A DNA stretch of 35,319 nt from a virus, in the IMG/VR virus record IMGVR_UViG_3300011339_000243. The stretch is one strand, 5' to 3'. The notes under the pieces were generated by a model. The model saw only the letters and a list, made by a program, of their open reading frames with translations, was not told the DNA's origin and made no database searches. Below, piece by piece: positions 18,952 to 25,510 of the stretch. Made by a program: the position numbers and the translations under genes. Position 1 is the first letter of the stretch, and each line of letters opens with the position of its first letter.

Positions 18952-19743
18952 TTACCTTATTGATGAACCGATTGTATTTCCAAAAGGGTCGGTGTACATG
19001 GGCTGTTGTTCAATAGTGCCGTTTTGTTGTGGAAGCATACTTGGGTTATAGGTTATGTTGACTGGTCTGCCATCAGCACCTATGTATGCTTCACCAGCTT
19101 TTCCAGCCACACCTTTTATATAATTTGGTAATCCAATGTTTAAAAATCCACTTTTTGCAACTGATAGTGCTTTTTCTGTTGGAGTCATTTTTGCATAATC
19201 TACAACATTTTGTTGTCTTTGTGGATTTGAAAAATCGTATGAGTCTAAAACATTTATTGTTCCATCAGGATTTATTTTGTAATTAAATCTACCTAATGTA
19301 TCTCTTATGGGGTTATTTTCAGAATAATCTTGATATTGAACATTCCCCAAGCCTTCCTGAAATTGTTGTTGATTCAAGATAGCTTTTGTTTTTGCTTCTT
19401 GCAAAGCATTTGCTAAAAAATCAGATAAATTTTTACCTTTAAGATTTGCTTCTTCTGGAGTTTTTCCACCTATATCAAATTTAAGATAATCTTCACTAGA
19501 TGTTATTTTGTTTTGAATATCTTTTGGTAACTCATTAAAACTTTTTGCATTTTTTATAGTTTCATATTTTTGCTGAAGTCGTATCCTTGAACTTTGTATG
19601 GCTTCATTAATATGGCTAAGTTCTTCTGGCGTAAGATCATTCTGTGTTAGTGGTTTTGTCTTATCTCCAAGCATAGTTTGGGTGTAAAACCTTGCTGGCG
19701 CAGGAATAAATCTTTTTGCCAAATCAAATAAACCATCTGCCAT
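18952..19743 (-). CDS. AT-rich orphan protein (263 aa) inserted between large terminase and portal
   Basis: Uninterrupted ORF. Its ATG directly follows the TerL stop. It is visibly more AT-rich than its flanks. No motif recognised. Confidence 0.6.
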   Translation of the reverse strand: MADGLFDLAKRFIPAPARFYTQTMLGDKTKPLTQNDLTPEELSHINEAIQSSRIRLQQKYETIKNAKSFNELPKDIQNKITSSEDYLKFDIGGKTPEEANLKGKNLSDFLANALQEAKTKAILNQQQFQEGLGNVQYQDYSENNPIRDTLGRFNYKINPDGTINVLDSYDFSNPQRQQNVVDYAKMTPTEKALSVAKSGFLNIGLPNYIKGVAGKAGEAYIGADGRPVNITYNPSMLPQQNGTIEQQPMYTDPFGNTIGSSIR

Positions 19744-21000
19744 TTATATCCCCGAAATAATATCTAGAGGCTCCCACTCATCTTCTTGATCATCAACAAA
19801 GTATGAGGTTACAGCCAGTTGGTCAATGTAGGAAAGGGCATCAGGCAAGTCATCGTGAACACCTTGGGCGGGAAACATCAAGAGTTGATCTTTGAATTCA
19901 TCCCAATCTTCCTCAGAGTTCAGCACAATACGCCCATGCTCAAACCGTCCTTGGAGACTCCAGATAATCCTGTCAGTCTTTTTCCTGTTGCCGTGCGTCA
20001 AGTCAACTATGTGTGAATATACATTATTTTTACGCATTAAGTCGCTCAAATACGGCAAAACTGCGTTTTTTAATGCTCCACGCTCAATTCCTATAGCCAA
20101 AGGACGGTATTCCCGTATCTTTAGTAGGATCGTAGCCGCAGTTTCCCTGATGTCCCACCGACCATAAGCAATCTCTTTGACAAACCATTTGCCATCATCA
20201 GTGACTTTGACAACAGCAATAGCAGTCTGGTCTAGCCTTTTCTTGGAATTTGCAGCTTGTCTAGCCACTTCTTCAAACCCTGCCAGATCGACAGCAATGT
20301 AGTACGAGCCATGTTCAGGTTCAGTTCCATATTTAATCCATTCTTCTTTAAAAACATCACTTCCAGCATTGTCAAAAGATGCCATATATTCGGTCTTGAA
20401 TGCAAAAGAACTTAAGGTTTTCTTTGCATTTTCAATTTCTTCTTTGTCAATTAATTCATTATCATAAGTAGTATAAGACCAAGATTTATAGTCATTATTT
20501 TCACTTTGACCAAGTTGGTACAGATCATAAAAATGATTTCTACCCTTTGGAGTGCCTATAAACATGGCATCTCCTTTTCTGTCTGACAGGGAAGCACGAA
20601 TAACTTGCTCCCAAACTGAGGGCTTCATGTCAGCATATTCATCCAGCACCACATAAGACAAGCTAACGCCTCGTAAGGTATCTGGTCTATCTGCGCCACG
20701 AATATAGATTACAGCACCATTTATCAATGTAATCTCTTGATTATTGATATGACTTGATGCAATTACATCTTTTCCTAACTCATTCAAGACATTCCAAATA
20801 ATAACTCTAGCTTGCCCTTGGGTTGGAGCAACATACATTACGCCAGACCCTTGTGGACAAACCAAACCTTTAAGAAGCAGGGTTACAGCCGCAAGTCTTG
20901 ATTTACCGCATCGCCTTCCAGCACAGATGACTTTAAATCGTTTGGGGTCAACAATAACTTCCTGTTGCCACTTCAAAAGTTGAAAATTAAGATCACTCAT
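19744..21000 (-). CDS. Terminase large subunit (418 aa)
   Basis: Walker A-like CAGRRCGKS, Walker B-like YVVLDEYADM and a C-terminal nuclease-like region with conserved acidic residues. Position is adjacent to HNH/TerS. Confidence 0.85.
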   Translation of the reverse strand: MSDLNFQLLKWQQEVIVDPKRFKVICAGRRCGKSRLAAVTLLLKGLVCPQGSGVMYVAPTQGQARVIIWNVLNELGKDVIASSHINNQEITLINGAVIYIRGADRPDTLRGVSLSYVVLDEYADMKPSVWEQVIRASLSDRKGDAMFIGTPKGRNHFYDLYQLGQSENNDYKSWSYTTYDNELIDKEEIENAKKTLSSFAFKTEYMASFDNAGSDVFKEEWIKYGTEPEHGSYYIAVDLAGFEEVARQAANSKKRLDQTAIAVVKVTDDGKWFVKEIAYGRWDIRETAATILLKIREYRPLAIGIERGALKNAVLPYLSDLMRKNNVYSHIVDLTHGNRKKTDRIIWSLQGRFEHGRIVLNSEEDWDEFKDQLLMFPAQGVHDDLPDALSYIDQLAVTSYFVDDQEDEWEPLDIISGI

Positions 21001-21475
21001 TTTTTAAATACCTGATTGCACTTTCTAACTTTGAAATGTCATCGTAAAACTTACCAATGGCTGTATTGCATAAATCACACAAAATTCCACGAACCGTATT
21101 TGTTTTGTGGCAATGGTCAACCACCATTCTTGTTTTTGGGACTCCAACCTCTGGTTTGATCTTACAAATAGCACAACCACCACCTTGTTCGGCAACCATA
21201 GCATCAAACATTTGAGTGGTCAATCCATAACTTGATTTCAAATGCCACCGCCTTTGACTTTCTTGATGTTTTGCTTTGTGTTCTGGGTTTGTTTGTAGTT
21301 TTATTGCTTGTTTGCTAAGTTTTGACCAACGAAACTCATCATTCTCACCATACTTCTTTTTTTCTAAAATCTTCATGCACTCTTTGCATCTAGGTCGAAC
21401 ACCTTTAATTCCATTGGCAACAGGATAATATTCTGAAAGGGGTTTGTCTTCTTTGCAGTGGGTACATTTTTTCAT
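20993..21475 (-). CDS. Endonuclease VII / HNH-type nuclease (160 aa)
   Basis: N-terminal Cys-rich zinc motifs CTHC...CKEC. The C-terminal VVDHCHKTNTVRGILCDLCNTAIG is the classic recombination endonuclease VII/HNH signature. It overlaps the TerL start by 8 nt. Confidence 0.75.
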   Translation of the reverse strand: MKKCTHCKEDKPLSEYYPVANGIKGVRPRCKECMKILEKKKYGENDEFRWSKLSKQAIKLQTNPEHKAKHQESQRRWHLKSSYGLTTQMFDAMVAEQGGGCAICKIKPEVGVPKTRMVVDHCHKTNTVRGILCDLCNTAIGKFYDDISKLESAIRYLKNE

Positions 21476-21510
21476 GTCTTAATTGTACTCTTGTTTAAGC
21501 AAGAATACAA

Positions 21511-21891
21511 CTAGGATTTGCTTTCTATGTCTTCAGCATCTATAGGGTTATCCCCTATGACTACACCGCCAATGCCAGAAATAGTTATGTTAACTGCTGA
21601 CCTTTGCTTACCTTCTTTTTCAAACAAAGAAACAGGAAGCATCCGATCCATACAAAGTTTGATAGCAGCCATTTGAGCAGGGTGTTCGTCATTCATGGCA
21701 ATCTCAACTGCCTTGTGAACAACATTAGCACCTGCACTTTTGATTAATAGGTCTTTGAGTTCTTTGACTTGTTGTTGTTCAGTCTTAGGCAAAACAAGAG
21801 ATTGAGGGTTATCAGCATACTTCCTCAAGGTCATAGCACCAGAACCCTTTGGGCGACCTCTTGTTTTCTTGAAGCTATCTATCACGTTCAT
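21511..21891 (-). CDS. Putative terminase small subunit (126 aa from the ATG at 21891)
   Basis: First gene of the late operon. It has a basic N-terminus KKTRGRPKGSG and a helical core. The track ORF extends to a GTG at 21987; I prefer the first ATG (MNVIDSF...). Confidence 0.5.
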   Translation of the reverse strand: MNVIDSFKKTRGRPKGSGAMTLRKYADNPQSLVLPKTEQQQVKELKDLLIKSAGANVVHKAVEIAMNDEHPAQMAAIKLCMDRMLPVSLFEKEGKQRSAVNITISGIGGVVIGDNPIDAEDIESKS

Positions 21892-21979
21892 CTTTTGTCC
21901 AGTTGTGGGAAGAAGTTGTTGTTCGGTCTGACAACCCAGACAGTCGGCGATTGCAGGACTCAATGCCTTGCCATAGCGA

Positions 21980-21999
21980 ACCAACACGGCTGGAGACTG
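21980..21999. repeat. 20-nt direct repeat ACCAACACGGCTGGAGACTG, copy A
   Basis: Exact second copy at 22131-22150 (151-bp spacing). An 18-nt overlapping match occurs at 24686-24703. Confidence 0.9.
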
Positions 22000-22130
22000 C
22001 CTTGCAAGTAGGCTCTAATTTCGGCGAACCACAATCCCCATGCGTGTAGGTTGTTGGTGACCAGCGTTGCGACCTACGGGTTTGCAGACCCACCCGATCA
22101 GGTATCTGGCGTACAGTTTCGTTACTTGAC

Positions 22131-22150
22131 ACCAACACGGCTGGAGACTG
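22131..22150. repeat. 20-nt direct repeat ACCAACACGGCTGGAGACTG, copy B
   Basis: Identical to 21980-21999. Both copies are followed about 35 nt later by CCATGCGT. Confidence 0.9.
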
Positions 22151-22612
22151 TTGCGCTACCCCAGTAGTCCCTAGAGTCAATCTCCATGCGTCTTGGAAGT
22201 TAGCGCACACTTTACATCAGAATCAGATTCTTGTATAGTGGTGACAAACGGGGGCATCACCCACCCCTCTATGCGGTTGAGCCGACCAAGTAGGATAAAC
22301 GTAGTGAACCATGTAGTTCTCAAGTAAAGCAACAGACTTGAACGGGGCTAGTAGCGTGGAGTAGTGATCTGACAGTCACCACTAACTTAGCATAAACGAG
22401 AGGCTCTCCTTTAAAAAGGATTCACCCACCACGGGTGACATTCCTATTTGTCTTCTTCCTTCAACCAGATAGCCTTTGTTAGTGTTAAACACTTAGATTG
22501 GCTTTTTCAGTGCGGAGGAGGCTGCCACAATATTACAGACACACGACCACCCCCTCCCCCTATCGAAGTAAGCACTCACTTACAAGTAAGCACTAACTAA
22601 CACTAGATGCAA

Positions 22613-22629
22613 ATGAGAATCATTCTCAT
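22613..22629. promoter_or_regulatory. Perfect 17-bp palindrome ATGAGAAT-C-ATTCTCAT (Fur-box-like 7-1-7 operator)
   Basis: The core TGAGAATCATTCTCA differs from the TGATAAT-N-ATTATCA Fur 7-1-7 consensus only at one symmetric position per arm. It is flanked by direct CTAGATG repeats. Confidence 0.6.
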
Positions 22630-22666
22630 CTAGATGTTTGTATGTACTAACGTAGGGTAAATCTAA

Positions 22667-22683
22667 ATGAGAATCATTCGCAA
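22667..22683. promoter_or_regulatory. Second, imperfect copy of the palindrome (ATGAGAATCATTCGCAA)
   Basis: 15/17 identical to the 22613 site and 54 bp downstream of it. A third half-site CATTCTCAT lies at 22726-22734. Confidence 0.5.
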
Positions 22684-22909
22684 ATAGAAGGGATGCAGCA
22701 TCATTCATGTACTGCGAATACAAACCATTCTCATCTAAACAAAACTATCGGGTTACACTTTTCAATAGACTATATATATGGGCAAGATTGGTGCAGAGTG
22801 TTTACTAACTTCCCTTGATTGGTGCATGATTTCACCATATGAAATGACTTGCACCATGTTGGTGATTCCACATTATGAAATTCTATATAAATCAATGGGT
22901 TAGTAGTGT

Positions 22910-22939
22910 CTGACAATTGGCATAGAACGTGCATAGTAT
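22910..22939 (+). promoter_or_regulatory. Candidate sigma70-type early-left promoter (CTGACA - 18 nt - TAGTAT)
   Basis: Hexamers read by eye about 45 nt upstream of the first early ATG (22982). Spacing is slightly long and the match imperfect. Confidence 0.35.
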
Positions 22940-22981
22940 TTATTGTCCAAAGTCGGGCAGTCACTTTAAGAGGCGTTCAGA

Positions 22982-23560
22982 ATGACACACATACAAACCC
23001 GTGAACAATGGCTCTCACAAGCAACCTCAGAGCTTCGTGGCCTGTTTAAACAGCATGGCGTTGACTTACCTCATGAGGTTCGCTCATCATGCGGCTTCCC
23101 TTCAAAATCAGCCCTCAGTGCTAAGAACCGCAGAATCGGTGAGTGCTGGTCTGCCCGAGCCTCAGCCGACAGTCACGCAGAGATTTTCATCTCACCTACC
23201 ATCAGCGACTCAATGCGGGTTCTCGATATTCTCGCTCATGAGCTTGTCCATGCTTGTCACCCGAACGATGGCCACGGTTCTAAGTTCGGCAAAACGGCTC
23301 GCGCCATCGGCTTAGAGGGTAAGCTGACAGCAACCACGGCTGGCCCTGAGTTCAAAGTATGGGCAGAACCCGTTCTGGCTCGGCTCGGCGTTTACCCTCA
23401 TGCTGACCTGATACCATCGAACGCTCAAAAGAAACAGACCACGCGCCTGTTGAAATGTGTCTGCCGTGATTGTGGTTACACTGTCCGCGTGGCTGGTAAG
23501 TGGCTCACTGAGATGGGCGCGCCTCACTGCCCTGACCACGGCGAGATGGACAGCGTTTAA
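22982..23560 (+). CDS. SprT-like zinc metalloprotease-domain protein with C-terminal zinc ribbon (192 aa)
   Basis: HExxH motif in ILAHELVHACHPNDGHG and a C-terminal CVCRDCG...HCPDHG. RBS AAGAGG lies upstream. It is the first gene of the early-left operon. Confidence 0.7.
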   Translation: MTHIQTREQWLSQATSELRGLFKQHGVDLPHEVRSSCGFPSKSALSAKNRRIGECWSARASADSHAEIFISPTISDSMRVLDILAHELVHACHPNDGHGSKFGKTARAIGLEGKLTATTAGPEFKVWAEPVLARLGVYPHADLIPSNAQKKQTTRLLKCVCRDCGYTVRVAGKWLTEMGAPHCPDHGEMDSV

Positions 23561-23570
23561 ACAGTTCAGC

Positions 23571-23592
23571 GGTAAGCCCTTCGGGGCTTATC
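23571..23592 (+). promoter_or_regulatory. GC stem with UUCG tetraloop after the SprT-like gene (RNA stability/processing element or weak terminator)
   Basis: GGTAAGCCC-TTCG-GGGCTTATC. No U-run follows, so it is not a canonical terminator. Confidence 0.5.
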
Positions 23593-23626
23593 AGTGCGCT
23601 GTTGCACTATTTTGAGAGGTGTTGAG

Positions 23627-23875
23627 ATGCTTAAATATAACCCTGACAACCGAGGCGAATTTCAAGAGCGTGACCGTGAGCACTGGTTCACCTACCGAAT
23701 AACCGACAACCCTTGGGCGCTCGCTCATGGCCTCACTTATGAGGTTGACGTGCTGGATGGCGTGAGGTTCGCCATTATCAAAAAAACCCGTGCTCTTATG
23801 TGTCTGGCTGAGGGTGACTCAGGCGAGCCAATATTGGAAAGCTGGCTGTTCAAAAAACACACTGTGTTCCACTGA
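23627..23875 (+). CDS. Hypothetical early protein (82 aa)
   Basis: The ATG is preceded by GAGAGGTGTTGAG, which includes an RBS. The track ORF starts earlier at a GTG inside the conserved leader. Confidence 0.6.
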   Translation: MLKYNPDNRGEFQERDREHWFTYRITDNPWALAHGLTYEVDVLDGVRFAIIKKTRALMCLAEGDSGEPILESWLFKKHTVFH

Positions 23876-23954
23876 CAACCCAACCTACAACCTTCGTGCA
23901 TGAGGGTTGTGGGGTGCGCTGTTGCATCGTTTAAACAATTTGAGAGGCGTTGAG

Positions 23955-24182
23955 ATGAATACTTATTCAATTATCTGCTGGCACAATTCTGCCACCGAGG
24001 GAAGTCACCAGAGGGTTCTATTTAGTGCGAAGACCCTCACCAAGGTACTGCGGGACTTTGAGCGTTATCTGTCTTTACCTGAGCGCATGAGGTCATTCAA
24101 TAAACACAACCTCATTCAGTTGCACCATATCGACCGTGGCGTGATTGCTTGTTTTCCCGCCTCACTGCGTGGAAGTGTTTAA
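23955..24182 (+). CDS. Hypothetical early protein (75 aa)
   Basis: The ATG is preceded by the same GAGAGGCGTTGAG leader as the previous gene. The stop TAA lies inside a GTTTAAAC site. Confidence 0.6.
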   Translation: MNTYSIICWHNSATEGSHQRVLFSAKTLTKVLRDFERYLSLPERMRSFNKHNLIQLHHIDRGVIACFPASLRGSV

Positions 24183-24184
24183 AC

Positions 24185-24421
24185 ATGAATACACTACAAA
24201 ACACAGCCCAACTACACTGGGCAGAAGATGAAGCCAACCTTCTGGCTGATTTTGCTCTCGACCTGTTCGAGCAAGATGGCCACGATAAATATCATCAGTG
24301 GCTCATGCGTGAGCGTGACCACTTTTTTCATCGAGTTTTTGAGCAAGATATAGAACTCATGACAAAGTTCTGCGACCTGTTCAACAAACTGACAGCCCAA
24401 AAAACCAACCTTTACATTTAA
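24185..24421 (+). CDS. Hypothetical early protein (78 aa)
   Basis: The ATG immediately follows GTTTAAAC (24177-24184). The product is an acidic helical protein. Confidence 0.55.
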   Translation: MNTLQNTAQLHWAEDEANLLADFALDLFEQDGHDKYHQWLMRERDHFFHRVFEQDIELMTKFCDLFNKLTAQKTNLYI

Positions 24422-24435
24422 GGCGTTTAAACATC

Positions 24436-24522
24436 ATGCACAAAAAAGACCTCATTGTTTTGATTGTCTGCGGCTTTGCTGCCTTCTCATTGGCTCTCAT
24501 TCTTATCATTGAAAGAATCTAA
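24436..24522 (+). CDS. Possible 28-aa hydrophobic peptide (MHKKDLIVLIVCGFAAFSLALILIIERI)
   Basis: Hand-translated. It fills the gap between neighbouring genes and is a single TM-like helix. Very short, so uncertain. Confidence 0.35.
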   Translation: MHKKDLIVLIVCGFAAFSLALILIIERI

Positions 24523-24524
24523 TT

Positions 24525-24788
24525 ATGACCACCGACACCAACACCGACCTTGAAATTCAAGTGACCACCATCGGCACAATTGATAATGGTTGCGATGGCT
24601 CTCAGCAATATATCCTTCTGAAGTGTTTAAACGACTACCTGACAGAAGATGAGGCTTGGGCATATCTGCACCCACTTGTATACCGTGACACCAACACGGC
24701 TGGCGCATATTTCTGCCACATTGTCGAGACAATCCAAAAGTCTGACGATTCAGTTATCTGCATCGTTCACCATCAGTTTAATAACTGA
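24525..24788 (+). CDS. Hypothetical early protein (87 aa)
   Basis: ORF with an ATG 2 nt after the preceding stop. It contains the 18-nt match to the 22127-22144 repeat. Confidence 0.6.
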   Translation: MTTDTNTDLEIQVTTIGTIDNGCDGSQQYILLKCLNDYLTEDEAWAYLHPLVYRDTNTAGAYFCHIVETIQKSDDSVICIVHHQFNN

Positions 24789-24870
24789 GAGCGTTTAAAC
24801 AGAGTCCAAACCATTGCCCTTGTTCTAGGGCTTTGGCCTGTACTTTTGCAGGGTTTGAAAGGTGTAAATT

Positions 24871-25275
24871 ATGTCTGCTTTTATTGTTTCCGACACTCAT
24901 ATAAATGCTTTAGTTCGATACGCATCACGCCACAATGTTCGAGCTTTTCATGGCAACCCTTTGGCAATGTTCCAAGTAAAAGATAATGAGCAAGCAGCGG
25001 CTGAGTTATTGCTTGCTGAAAACGTGAAAAGCGTTAATTACCGCTACCGTGACAATGAGGTGATGACGATTACTTACGACCCAGGCGCACCAATTCTGAC
25101 AGCCATTCAAGCAATTAAAGCTGCTCAGTGCTTGCGTTATCAGTCTTGCGAGTGTGACGATTTTGAAGAATCCATTGCGTTTAAACTGATTGAAGCAATT
25201 ATTGCTGATGCAATCCCACGTCTGGACGGTTACGAGTCCGCACAATGGGCAATTTCTGACAAGGTGACAGCATGA
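24871..25275 (+). CDS. Hypothetical protein (134 aa) with conserved-looking QCLRYQSCE motif
   Basis: RBS GAAAGGTG lies upstream. The motif ...IKAAQCLRYQSCECDDFEES... resembles a widespread phage/plasmid protein of unknown function as I recall it. Confidence 0.65.
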   Translation: MSAFIVSDTHINALVRYASRHNVRAFHGNPLAMFQVKDNEQAAAELLLAENVKSVNYRYRDNEVMTITYDPGAPILTAIQAIKAAQCLRYQSCECDDFEESIAFKLIEAIIADAIPRLDGYESAQWAISDKVTA

Positions 25276-25442
25276 CGCAAACTCAAGCACTGACCCAAGC
25301 CCTGATTTTGGCAATAACTGCGCCAGATGATGAAAAGGCACAGATGGCGATAGATTTATCTATTGAGCTTGCAATGCGTTTAAACGCTGTGGATGTTGAA
25401 AAGTGCAAAGCAAATGCGTTGCTAATTTTGGGGACAAAATGA
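25272..25442 (+). CDS. Small hypothetical protein (56 aa), not in the ORF track
   Basis: Hand-translated MTQTQALTQALILAITAPDDEKAQMAIDLSIELAMRLNAVDVEKCKANALLILGTK. It has an ATGA overlap with the upstream stop. Confidence 0.5.
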   Translation: MTQTQALTQALILAITAPDDEKAQMAIDLSIELAMRLNAVDVEKCKANALLILGTK

Positions 25443-25510
25443 TTTATGCCACTGTTGCCCTACTGCTTAGAATAATTTTCAGAAAATAAGTTAGTAAACA
25501 CTAACATTCA

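Larger units (their letters stand above)
23044..25385. repeat. Cluster of nine GTTTAAAC palindromes
   Basis: Sites start at 23044, 23555, 23929, 24177, 24425, 24625, 24793, 25179 and 25378, each located by eye and anchored to ORF coordinates. Only two more occur in the rest of the window (27013, 29856). Confidence 0.9.

Noticed and set aside
21892-21987. N-terminal extension of the small-terminase ORF to GTG 21987
   Set aside because: The extension starts at GTG and overlaps copy A of the 20-nt repeat. The first ATG (21891) gives a typical basic TerS N-terminus. The longer form cannot be excluded.
21875-22210. 111-aa minus-strand ORF inside the large non-coding tract
   Set aside because: It starts at GTG and has no RBS. 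The translation is Arg/Ser/Thr/Gly-rich and looks non-genic, and the ORF runs through the repeat/hairpin region. It is treated as non-coding pending a homology search.
22770-22964. 64-aa minus-strand ORF over the iteron/promoter cluster
   Set aside because: It starts at GTG and lies on the strand opposite to, and overlapping, the candidate early promoter and repeats. There is no coupling or RBS.
21892-22981. tRNA or tmRNA gene in the non-coding tract
   Set aside because: I searched by eye for T-loop (GTTCRANYC) contexts with matching acceptor and T stems on both strands. The candidates (around 22025 and 22337) lack complementary stems. tRNAscan-SE/ARAGORN should still be run.
23044-25385. 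GTTTAAAC sites as integron attC-like core sites
   Set aside because: The integron core consensus (GTTRRRY / RYYYAAC) does not match the octamer exactly, and no integron integrase is present. The idea is kept only as a loose analogy in the cassette hypothesis.
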